Below, piece by piece: positions 39,259-51,166 of a DNA stretch of 64,000 nucleotides (position 1 is its first letter; each line of letters opens with the position of its first letter). The notes below the pieces were generated by a model. It was not told the DNA's origin. It saw nothing but the letters and a program-made list of their open reading frames with translations, and ran no database searches. Source of the DNA: Camelus ferus (lineage: Eukaryota). The position numbers were made by a program, and so were the translations under genes. The DNA lies in the NCBI RefSeq assembly GCF_009834535.1, contig NC_045698.1, forward strand, positions 15,626,001-15,690,000, read 5' to 3'.

Positions 39259-39894
39259 AATTACAATTAAAATAAGTGAGATTTTTAAAAATATTTTCTA
39301 ATAAACATGGCTGAGATCTCATTATCTAGAGTCTTGGCTAATGGCTAAAAAATGGTACAACCTACTTCCTATCAGACACAGGAGAAATTTACATGAAGTG
39401 ATGGGACAAGATGGAGAGAAAAATTACTTATTTAGAGTTCTATTCAGAGACTGCTTTGTAAATGACGGAAATCTTCAGTATTAGGAATAATTCAAAGGCT
39501 GAAAATCAAAGAATCTCCATTTTGATTACCACTTTCACAATTCCTGGAAGAAGGATATCTTATGCTGGAAAATAGTTTGGATTTTTATATTGCATTCAAA
39601 TTCTGTGTCAACAAAAAAAGAGAAAATGGTCTAGCTGTGATAGGTTGAAAAAACTTACAGGAAGACAGCCACTAGGTACTGATGGAGAGCTGCTTAGAAA
39701 ATCAGCTTAGAGTAAGACTGGATTAAACCCCAGTTCTAGCAAAACCGCCAAGATTGTCTGAATGATGTTTAACTTCATCACACCCCTGAGTAGTCTTCCT
39801 GAACTCTCAATCTTATGAAGCTAATCAGTACTGAAGGGAAAAAATAAATTATAATGGGTACATTCTGAGAGCAAAACTAAATAGTAGGGTGTGA

Positions 39895-41640
39895 TACTTC
39901 TGGAATAACACAGTGAGGAGTTCAGTATATACTCTTCATAGCAAAATAGCCATTTTAGTGAGAAAATTATTTAAAAGCAATCATTTGAAGTTACTGGAAG
40001 TTGTCTTAAACATATACGGCGAATGGAGAAACAGTCTTTCGAGGAAGTCTACTAAATCTTCGTAAGAACAGAAAGAGTTGGTGACACTGAGCCACGACGG
40101 GCTTTTAAATGCATGTGTCCCAGCTCTGTGTCACCGATGCCCTCTGCTTTGGGCAGGCACAGCCGGGAAGTTGAGGCTCCCACTTCACCCAGCTCCTAGT
40201 CTCAAGCTTGGGTTTTACCCTGGGAGGAAAAGGTCAGCTGCGGTGTTTCACATCCCTCCTACCGAGTCCTGTGATTCAGAAACGTTATTTCTGGCAGGTG
40301 TGGCAGAGAGGATGAGACTTCCTTTCTCACCAGCTTCCTCTCACAGAGTGAAAGCTCTACTCCAGACACACCAGGTTGAGAATACGGGGGCCCAATTATC
40401 CCACCCTAGCTCACTTGTAAGGCAAAGTTTCCACATTCGTAGGGGCAAACTGAGAAGACCAGGGGCGGCTACCTCCCACCAACACCGCCGCCACCGGTGG
40501 CTGCTCACAGCGCGAGGAAGGCGCTGCAGGAGAAGAGGGTCCCAGCTCGTGGCTCTGTTGCAGTGCAGCACGTGTTCTTCCCAGGGGGAAAGGAAGGCCG
40601 AAAGGACAAAGAGCTCCTCGGCTTTGTCTGAGAGGACGTACTTTATTTCAAATAGAACATGAACTCTTTGTCCAAGAATGCTGTTGAAAATAATGGCGAT
40701 CTTGGTGGAGAGCATTAAGGAATTTGGTAAATCTATGGTACAAGCAAAATGGTAGGGCGGCCAGGAAGAGGACGACCAAGAAGAACCCTTTGGAATCAGC
40801 CAGCTCCGGGGATTGTGCACGTACGCTAAGCTCTACTCACTCACTAGCGATGACTGCAGATGACGAAGCAGGTGTGAAAGTCCTCCCCAGGCTGCACCCA
40901 GACCCATCAACACGGGCGGGGGAGGGCGGGGCTCCACTGACACAGGAGCCTGAGCACAGCTTCATGCCAAACACCACTGAGCCATAAGCTACTCTGACCC
41001 AGGAACAACTCCTAGGAAGCCAGGCTTAAACATTATACTCATGCCTTGCAGTCTTGGAGAATGTGTGTATCCCCAGTTCTGTGCCTTCTCAGAGGTAATT
41101 AGAGATGGAACCTTTCAGGTACCAGTTCCCGACTAAACATGGAGCCAAAAAAATGCAAATTCCCTACTCAGTAATCTCAGCCTACAAGTCACATCACACA
41201 GGTACCCAATGGCAGAGGGTAAAAATCCGGCCAGCTAAGGGGAAGAAGCACAGCCACTCACCAGTGCACGACCAATGCCGTACGCAGACGGGTTAAAAGA
41301 TCCACAAGAGAAAACAAACATGAACAGGGCCATCAGGGGCCGCACATTGTGGCAGTAATTCCCATTTCCAAATAAGTTCACCCAATTCACCAAACAAATA
41401 AACGACAGAGCAAACAACAGCAGGAACAACCTCCCGGGAGGGGACTGAAGGGTCAATAACCACTTCTGTTACAACATCTCATTTATAAAGCCCAGTTTTC
41501 AACAGTTACAAGACATGCAGAGAAACAGGAAAGTAGGCCCATATGCTGAGAAAAAAGCAATCAGAGAAATTAGCCTTTGAAGGGGCCTAGATGGTGGATT
41601 TAGAAGACAAAGGCTTCAAAGCAGCTATTATAAACATGGG
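39895..41640 (+). mobile_element. Ancient L1M 5' region (5'UTR to start of ORF1)
   Basis: Begins acttctggaataac; ends with ORF1-proximal ccagttttcaac..acaagacatgcagagaaacaggaaagt..cttcaaagcagctattataaacatg. Confidence 0.65.
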
Positions 41641-41717
41641 CTCCTGAGCTAACAGGTCTCAGACTGCAATGACATGACCTCGAACCCAATTTACAGGATC
41701 CATCTTTGGCTATTTTG

Positions 41718-42103
41718 TACAACAACCACGGAATGCTATTTGGACTGAAAAGGAATAAAGTGTTCATACATGCTACAACATGGATGAACATTGAAAACAG
41801 CGTGCTTAAAGAAAGAAGCTAGCCATAGAAGACCATGTATTGTACAGATTTCACTTATATGAAATGTCCAGACTAGGGAAATACGTAAAGACGTGGGTAG
41901 ACTAGTGGTTGCCGAAGTCTGGTGGTTGGGGTGGAGGGTGAGGAATGATTGCTAATGGGTCTGGATTTCTTCTAGGGAAGACAAAAATAAGCTAAAATTA
42001 GATTGTGCTGATGATTACATAACCATTTGAGTATACCAATAAAACACTGATGAGCATAGTTAAAATGGGTGGATTATGTGGTATGTATCACAATAAAGCT
42101 GTT
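41718..42103 (+). mobile_element. L1MB-like 3' end
   Basis: atacatgctacaacatggatgaac...atatgaaatgtccaga...tagtggttgcc...caataaagctgtt. Confidence 0.85.
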
Positions 42104-44224
42104 ACCCACCCCTCAAGATGACCAAATGGTAGACTCACACTCAAGACTTCAGACAGCAATTAGAGCACCTGAAATTGTCTTTGTTTCTTGAAATAAAATG
42201 AATCAAGTAGGGTCCCAATATGTGTGCTAATCGATTTTTATATGATATGATAATATACAATAATGGTCAGGATCTACCTCACTACTCACCTCTGGTCATG
42301 TCTGAGGGTCTGCCCACTGATTTCCTACGGCTAGTGCCTAAGGGTTTCACCATGACCATCCAGGCATCATGTACATCTTTTTAAATTTTTGCAGAAATCA
42401 TCTGTGCTGGAGAAAGTCCTGCATGTGCTTCATCTATGTGTATCTTGATTCAGTGAGAATCAATAGGCATGCTGTTAATGGATGATGTCCTTTCAACACA
42501 CAAGGGCAGCATATTCTTTCAAATACTGCTGGAGGTATTGAACTTGGGTAAAAGAGGGGTCTGAATCTACGCCCTGACTTTGCTAGACTAAGCCTCAAAA
42601 GCACTTTTCCAGGTGCCCCACAGGAATCTGATGCGCTGTGAGCAAAAGAGCCTTTGAGTTGCAAAAATAGATATCACGCTACTCTTTATGAAGAGCCACA
42701 AAGATTTAAATAATAGCAATGCTTAATGGAGTAAAGAGTGTTACCAGAATCCCAGAGAGACTCAATCTAGGAAGAAAACGAGGCTGAGATTAGCACAATC
42801 CATATTTCTGAGAGGATTGACATAAGGAAGAAAGTAATGACTACCAGACCATTGTTGACAGTGAGGGGACATCAGGGTTATAAGGGTAGGTGAGCTTGGG
42901 CAGGGGAGGAAAAGAGGGAAGGAGATTTTGGAGAATGGTTTTAATTTGGAGGGTGCTGATGGGCATAAAAGCCATCAGGATGGTCCAGCTACATATCAGC
43001 ATGGATTTCAAGACACAAATAATTGAGGCTACGAAGCTGTCAGTTGGATTTCTAAAACTCAAGAAAGTTTTTGTCTTTCTTAAATTAAAAAAAAAACCAA
43101 AACTTGTATTCACTGACCAGTTTTGTTTTTTAAATGATTTTCTGATTTCTAAACCTTAAATGAAATACTAGAGAAGTTTTTTCTTATAAATTATTTGAGG
43201 GATAATGAGAAAGTTGCTTAGGACCATGAATCGAGATTGGATTTTAATTTTTCAAATAGAAAAACAATGGGGGTGTGGAGGAAAAGGAAGAAGAACAAAA
43301 GAGGAGAAGAAAACCAGTAAGCAGCAACCTTCTCTTATTCCATAGTTCCAGACCATCCTGAGAATACAACACAAGGCTTGCAAGACTTTTTTTTCTCCTT
43401 AGAATTATCTCCAATCCTTCTCTAACTCCTGATGTATCTCGTTACAAAGCTTCAAATACTAGTCTTCAAAATTGTTATATAACTCTCTACAAAGTCTTAT
43501 CCATGTTGCTATGGCTTCTTTATCTACTATATGCCACACTATTATATTTTTTATTTATAAAACACACTCTACTTTAAATATACATGTATACATTTAAATT
43601 ATAAAAAATTTTATTACACTGTTGATTTATGAAAATATCCCTATATGTCATGGCCCTCCTGAATTTCATATGCCACAGGTCATGAATGATTTTTCTTCTT
43701 CTGGGACCTACTTTATAATTTCACTTATTGAAATATATTTTATTTATAACTCAATTATTTAGCCAGTTGAAAGATAAGTATTATTTACCCAGGTACCAGC
43801 TGTGTCATATGAAATTTATTCTTGATCTCTTTTGCAATAGTGTTTTATTACAGAGTATTATTTCCAAATTATATCATTCACTGTGTTACAATAAAAAATT
43901 ACTGGTATTTAATTATGAAAATCAGATATGCCCTCTGTACAACAGTTTGAAAATATGGCATAAAAATAAAATAAAAATTACTCATATTGACACCTGGATT
44001 TTTTTGCACATTTCTTCAGCATACAAATATTTATTCCAGTGAGGCCTGGAAAGAAACACATATATGAAAAAAACACTTGTGCAGCTTCTTTTTAATCTCA
44101 TAAATCAAAGGAAGTAGTAAACTATTAATTCCAAAAAATTCCATACAAATGATGTAATTCTATAAATTATAGATGAGGAAACTAGGGTCCATGTATCAGA
44201 CAGGTTTCTATTAATGGTATAATT

Positions 44225-45754
44225 TAGGGACTGGCAGATATTTTCTTTAAAGGACCAGATAAGAATTATTTTAGGCTTTATGGGTCTTAAGGTCTCAGTC
44301 ATAAGTTCTCAACAATGCCATTGTAGCCCAAAAGAAGTCATCAATGACATGTCACCAGATGGGTGTGCCCAACAGGACTATATGTATATTTTTTAAAATA
44401 TTTTAATTGAAGTATAGTCAGTTTACAATGTTGTATCAATTTCTGGTGTACAGTACAATACTTCAGTCATATAGGAACATATACATGTTCATTTTCATAT
44501 TCTTTTTCACCATAGGTTACTACAAGATATTGAATATAGTTCCTTGTGCTATACAGTATAAACTTGTTGTTTATCTATTTTATGTATATTAGTATCTGCA
44601 AATCTAGAACTCCCAATTTATCCTTTCACACCTCCTTCCCCCCTGGTAACCATAAGTTTGTTTTCTACGTGTGTGAATCAGTTTCTGTTTTATAAATAAG
44701 TTTGTTCACCTTTTTTTTTAGATTCCTCATGTAAGTGATATCATACGACATTTATGTTTCTCTTTCTGGCTTACTTCACTTAGAATGACATTCTCCAGGG
44801 ACATCCATGTTGCTGCAAATGGCATTATTTTATTATTTTTTTATGGCTGAGTAGTATTCCATTGTGTAAATATACCACAGCTTCTTTATCCAGTCATCTG
44901 TCAATGGACATTTAGGTTTTTTCCATGTCTTGGCTATTGTAAATAGTGCTGCTATGAACATTGGGGTACATGTATCTTTTTGAATTAAGGTTCCCTCTGG
45001 ATATATGTCCAGGAGTGGGATTGTTGGATCATATGGTAAGTCTGTTTTTAGTTTTTTCAGGAATCTCCATACAGTTTTCCATAACGGTTCTACCAAACTA
45101 CATTCCCTTCAACAATGTAGGAGGGTTCCATTTTCTTCACACCTCTCCAGCATTTATCATTCATGGACTTTTGAATGATAGCCATTTTGATTGGTGTGAG
45201 ATGATACCTCATTGTAGTTTTGATTTGCATTTCCCTGATAGTTAGAAATATTGAGCATTGTTTTCATGTGCCTATTGGCCATTTGTATGTCTTCTTTGGA
45301 GAATTGCTTAAGTCTTCTGCCCATTTTTGGATTGGGGTTTTTGTTTTTTCTCATTAAGTTGTATGAGCTATTTATATATTCTAGAGATTAAGCCCTTGTC
45401 AGTCTCATCTTTTGCAAATATTTTCTCCCATTCTGTAGGTTGTCTTTTTGTTTTGCTTATGGTTTCTTTTGCTGTTTAAAAGCTTATAAGTTTAATTAGG
45501 TCCCATTTATTTTTGCTTTTATTCCTATTGCTTGGGTAGACTGCCCTAGGAGAATATTGCTGAGATTTACGTCAGATAATGTTTTGCCTATGGTTTCTTT
45601 TAAGAGGTTTACAGTGTCTTGTCTTAAATTTAAGTCTTTAAGCCATTTTGAGTTTATTTTTGTGTGTGGTGTGAGGGAGTGTTCTAACTTCATTGATTTA
45701 CAAAATCAGGCCTTGAGCAGTATTTGGCCAAAAGTCCACAACTTGCTGATCCCT
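44225..45754. mobile_element. MER58A-like element split by an L1 (44225-44380 and 45696-45754)
   Basis: Left agggactggcagatattttctttaaaggaccagata and right atttacaaaatcagg...ttgctgatccct continue the same consensus. Confidence 0.78.
44383..45700 (-). mobile_element. 5'-truncated L1 (ORF2 C-terminal region plus 3'UTR), frameshifted
   Basis: ORF track gives L1 ORF2 peptides MKLEHSLTPHTKINSKWLKDLN and [28 protein letters not shown]. Confidence 0.96.
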
Positions 45755-47639
45755 AAAATCTGAAAATACTTTGAATAGCACCTTTCAAGACATACAGTGG
45801 TATCTTTAAAGTCACTGATAACTGGATATGTGTCAGACTTTCCATGTCAACAAGACCATTGTGTTTGTTTAATTCACTTTCAAATACATGAAATGGTAAA
45901 AAAAAAAAAAAAAAGCTTTGGCCTGTCCAGAAGTATTAAGTAAGATGTTATGATGCCCGGAGGGCTTCCTCCATCCTTAAGCAACATTTATTCTTTGTAA
46001 GTGAGGTACAAGCTTTCAAATAATTCTCCTTGATTGTTTGGAAAGACTAGATGCTTGTCAACATGCAGCAGGAAACACACCACATCCCAGAATGAGGACT
46101 AGACAATAATCTACACTGACCTACATCATTAGAGGCTCTGAAGTCATGCCCCCAGTGTGATTTATGCTTGATCCCTACTCTCATGATTAATGAATACAGT
46201 ATTTCAGCAGATGCCTGCTCTGACTTTCAGCACTTAGAGGCAGCAGATGGGTGACAGAGAAAGAAAAAAACAAAAGCCATAATTCCATGACAGCTTCTAA
46301 TCTTGGATCTTGATGTATCTGGTCTCAAAGAAGCAGATCTAACAATATTTCTCTTATTTTTTTTCTCATATCATTCTTTTTCTTCTTTCACCCTGTCTAA
46401 TTCTCTTAAAAGTTGTCATGCTCTTAAAGCAGGTGAAAAATACGTTAACACTGAACTTTAGGAGCTGATACAGGGAGCTTTCATTCTTACAGCTAACAAT
46501 CTGAATGATGCGGGAGTCGGGGTGTGGTTTTTAGCACCTATGCAGCTGCTCTTCTGCCCAGATTTTCTCAAATGACAAATAAATTGCCCTTTCTTTTCTG
46601 GTGTGAACACGGAGACGAATATTGACTTGGACAAGTACTGAGCTCTTCTTTAATTTCATAAATTGCATTGCATTCTGTCTTTACTGCCAGCAGAGTCCTT
46701 ATCACTTCTTGTACAGTTAATTGTTTATTGTTTATTAAACAATTAATAAACTCCAGAAACTAGATTTCTTTACAGGTTAATGCATCTGTTAAAAAATCAG
46801 GGTAATTCTAAATTTCCAAAGTCACTGATTCTGAGTTGAAGGTTATGCATAGAAGGCAGTAGTAATAACATATTATTTCCTTTTCTCTTTTAATCATAAG
46901 GTAATATTCTCCGTGTATTTCATATAACACTATTTCGGGTTGAATGTTTATCCAAATGCAACATCAGTATATGAAATAATGGCACTATGTAAGTGAAGGA
47001 AGTCACACTTGCTTGTCAGGTTTTGGGCAATAAACATAAATTTGTCAAGCTCCTGCACTTTGCATCATTATGGTTTGGAAGAAAAATCAATAATGCATTT
47101 GTAAGGGTAACATTCATTGAAACAAGGCAAAGAAACAGTCCCTGGTGAGGTCGAACTTGAGGTGAACTCACAATGGAATACTATGAGAAAATTGAATGCA
47201 AACCTCCAGCTCTATAGACGGAGAAGCTAATCAATGAGCCCCAGAAACCCTGCAAGCAAACAGATATGGCACCTGCATTATACTGGGAAAAGCAGGCAAA
47301 ATAGACATTTATCTGTTATCTTTGTCGATATATTAGCAAAACACATCTTAAAAGTGTGGCTATTAAATATTGCCAGTTTCTTTCTGGATGTTTGAATTAG
47401 ATCCTATAAAAATTAGCAGCATCTTAAATGATTTTCCATCTAAGTCCAGAGAATGTTCAATTCCATATGTTACCCAGTCTTTGCAAAGTGTGTGCTTGGA
47501 AAGGGATACTGCTTCATTTGGAGGAAGAAAGGGTGAGAGGGAGCAAGAAAGGAAGGAAAGAAACTTGAAAGTTAGCTTTATTATGATCAGGGAAGGACAG
47601 TGTATCTTGGAAGTCTTTAGGACCAGCATTTATCCTACC

Positions 47640-48730
47640 AGGTCCAGAAATATGTGTATTTGGAACAGTGACTGACATCGCCAAATTACCCTCCAGAGTG
47701 AACATGTTGATCTGCGCCCCCAAAGTATATGAGAACCTGTAGCTCTTTATCCTCTAAAATCTTCTCTACTTCCCAAATTTTTGGCTAGTGATCTACTAAC
47801 AGGTGATGAATATGTAAACTTGTTTATATTTGATTTTATAAATTAGCACAGAAGTTTCATATCTTCCATTAATTATGAGGCATTTGGTTTTTATTTATAA
47901 TTAATTGTTACTGTTTTTGTCCATTTTTCAAAGGGACATGTGTTCATTTGCAATGGCAAATTACTACAACCTGGTGTCTTAACCAACAGAAATTTACTGT
48001 CTCACATTTCTGGAGCTTAGAAATCTGAAATGAAGGTGTCAGCAGTGTTGATTGCTTCTAAGGGTTAGGAGAGAGAATGTATTCTATGCCTCTTTCTTAG
48101 CTTCTGGTCACCACAGGAGCTCCTTGGTTTACAGATGACTTCTCCCTGTGGCTTCAGATCCTCTTTCCTCTGTATGTGTCTGTCTCTATGTCCACATTTC
48201 CCCCAGCTTTTTCTTTTCTTTTCTTTCTTTTTTCTGTAAGGACACCAGCCACGTTGGATTAAGACCCATCTAATGACTGCATGTTATCTTGATTGCTTAT
48301 GTGAAGACTATTTCCAAAGAAGGTCACATTCTGAAGTGCGAAAGGACTTCAATATATCTTTTTTGAAGGGCGACACAATTCAACCCACCCCAGGACAACA
48401 TATCTTTCTTTGTTTAAATTTTAGAGCTTTTATGTACTACACAGTGTTGGCCAGATGTGCTGTGGACATTATTTCCAGGCTCGCATGTGTTCTGATTAGT
48501 TTAGGAAGAATGATAGCAGTAGAAATTTCAAATTTTTGTGGTCAAATTTGTTATTCTTTTCATTAAGATTCCTGGGTGCTGTGTCTGTTTTCTGATGTTT
48601 CATTTAGTACTCTCTTTTCCTCTTAATCTTTGACTCTCTTGTAATGTATTTTAGTATACAAAATGAGGGAGACATTCAGCTACATTTTACCCAGTAGACA
48701 CTTCAATTGTCCTAATATCTCTTATTAACT
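47640..48730 (-). mobile_element. Highly degenerate L1ME-like relic interrupted by an MLT1 LTR
   Basis: gccaaattaccctccag, tttgtccattttt, aatttttgtggtcaaattt. Confidence 0.45.
47940..48392 (-). mobile_element. MLT1B/C-like MaLR LTR
   Basis: caacagaaatttactgtctcacatttctggag...taaggacaccagccacgttggatta...gacacaattcaaccca. Confidence 0.88.
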
Positions 48731-48757
48731 AATATATGTAATGATGCTGTATGATAC

Positions 48758-48900
48758 AAAAGCTAATATTTATTGAATTTGACTATGTTCTGGGCACTCT
48801 TCAGAAAACTTTATATTACTAAACACTTACGGCTTACAAAAAACCCTCTTTCTTACCATCCATATTTTACAGATAAGAACATGGGACACAGTGAGGTTTA
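48758..48900 (-). mobile_element. MIR SINE
   Basis: gctaatatttattgaatttgactatgttctgggcact...attttacagataagaac. Confidence 0.7.
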
Positions 48901-49699
48901 GCCTTCCTATTCTAAGGGCCCATTGGCCCATGCCTCCATTGGCCATAGTTGGAAAAAAATCCAAGAGCTATTCATGCCCCCCAAAAGAATGTCCTCCCAC
49001 AGTGTGCACTAAAAAATATTCTGTACCCAGTAGATAATTTTTTGTTATGTTTCTGTATCTCTTTCCTACTCTTCCAGGTCTGTCACAGGGTGACATCAAT
49101 TCCATATAGTGTAAGAGGCATTACCATTGATGTTATATGTATCTGAATAGAAATAAAATTCTGAAATTAGAGGACTAAAGATATCATTGGTGAGCCTTCT
49201 GGCGTCACTTAGATGATAGGAGAGGCGGCGCGGAGGGAAGGTTTCTTCTGTTTATTTCCCCTGGACTTGGTCTTGTGTGTTGTCCCCACTTCTCCGTTTT
49301 CTCCCAGCTTCTGCTCTACTGAGTCCCAGCCTGCAGCAAGCCACGCCCATATTCAGGAAGCATGTCAAAGCTAACCCCTAGGTCATGCTGCAGGACCACA
49401 TTTCTACTCTTTTTGAAATAGATTACTTCAGAGGCTTAAGAATTTGAGTAAATCAATAGCACTATGCTATCCTTAATACAAAGAGCCAAAATCTTACGTG
49501 ACATCTAAATGGAACAACTAACTGCTTTGGGAAAACAAAGGAAATTATACTATAAAGACCTTGATATATAACAATCATGCACAAGAAATTTATAATAATA
49601 AGCAAGAAGATGGTATGAAGCAAAGGAACAAGTTGATAATGTGAAGGGTATTGGCCTTAATTAGTGAATTATTATACACTGGGACCTGTTTTTCCTGTG

Positions 49700-50170
49700 G
49701 GTCCATAAGCAAATACACATGAAGATTTTTGTAACTATGTTGCCTGTGGGTAACAAACGAATGGACGTAGGCACATAGCTGTGCACCACTGAAGCAACAG
49801 AGATATAAAGCGTGGTACAGGCGTGAGATGAGACACTATAAAACAATCAGAAGTAAGGAACTAGATTTACATGTAGCTACGTTGGGTAGATCTCAAAACC
49901 ACAACGCTGAGTGAAAACGCATGGAGCAGAGAAATATTTGTAACAAAAGGAATGTCTGCAACATAAAAATCATGAATAATCAACATGCCACCAATATCAT
50001 TATGACATTATCTAAGGCAAAGTATGAAAAGAGGATTGGAAGGACACACATAACACACTCTCGAATAACAATTTCTACTCATATGGAGGAATGGAAGAGG
50101 GTGAGGGAAATTATATCAAGAATAAGAAGTATTGCATTGAGCAATGATTCTAGTGAGCCCTGAAGCTTAT
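49700..50170 (+). mobile_element. L1ME-like 3' end relic
   Basis: gaactagatttacatgtagc...tagatctcaaaaccacaacgctgagtgaaaa. Confidence 0.6.
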
Positions 50171-50769
50171 GATCAACTCCATTTTGTACACCTGGGGTCT
50201 GATAGAGAGAACAGAGTAGCCAGGAACTCATCATGTGGGTAACACAAGCCCAAAGTCCAAGACTTAGAGATGGAGTGATTTTATTGCTAGAGAAATGTCA
50301 TCCTGAGTGATAATACAGATGTCCAAAGATGACAGACTCTAGAAGCCTTCTCCAATAATATGTCTTATGTCACATTAGGCTCATAATAAATTTGGAAAGG
50401 ATTGGAGCATTGAGCAATGCTTTTTCAGTAACTCCTTTAAGAAAATGTTTTATACACTGTTACTATAATCATTTTAAAAGTATAACCACATCATCACTGA
50501 CTTTGAAATAATTATTTTTAGGTTTTAGATTGAGTAATTTGAGCAAAGTTTATACATTTTACCAAGCAATTAACAGAATATTTTGAGTCAAATACTTGAC
50601 AAAAAGAAACATCATTAAAATGTGTGGGAAAAATGCTGCCTCCTTTGCAAGGGGCTGATTTTTCATACCCCATACTACTGTTTTTGATACTTAAATTTGA
50701 AGGAGACAATCCTCAATGCATCTCTTATGTTTCTGCAAATGAGGTACTGACTGCCCTGGAGTTTTGAGT

Positions 50770-51166
50770 CATCTTTTCAAGGATGCAAGACAGAGAATGG
50801 GTCTTTCACTTGAGGAAAGGACAGATCTACTTACAGTTTGGGGAGATACAGTTAATATCTCCTTCCCGCCCCCCATCCCCACCGCCCACCAGAGCAACAG
50901 TGAAGTATGCTTACTGCTCATTATAAACGATGCAGGTTCCCTAAGCTTAGGGGTCTTCTCCTGTAATCCAGCTCACTGCGTGTGCAGGTGTTACTTGGTC
51001 TTCTTCACATCACCCAGTGGGATTCAAGGTCCAGGAAACAGGCACAAGAAAACTCAAACACTGTGAATAATGAAGTACTTTGTCTCTGACCCATGAGTCC
51101 CATGTATTCTACCAGCATCCATGACACTGCTTGCAATCAGTGTAAAATCTCACATAGTTCTTAACA
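50770..51166 (+). mobile_element. MER68-like ERVL LTR
   Basis: ggttccctaagcttagggg...ctttgtctctgaccc...ccagcatccatga...taaaatctca. Confidence 0.72.

Noticed and set aside
40078..40820. 194-aa (+) and 159-aa (-) ORFs
   Set aside because: They lie in a GC-rich L1 5' relic where stops are scarce; no protein family resemblance.
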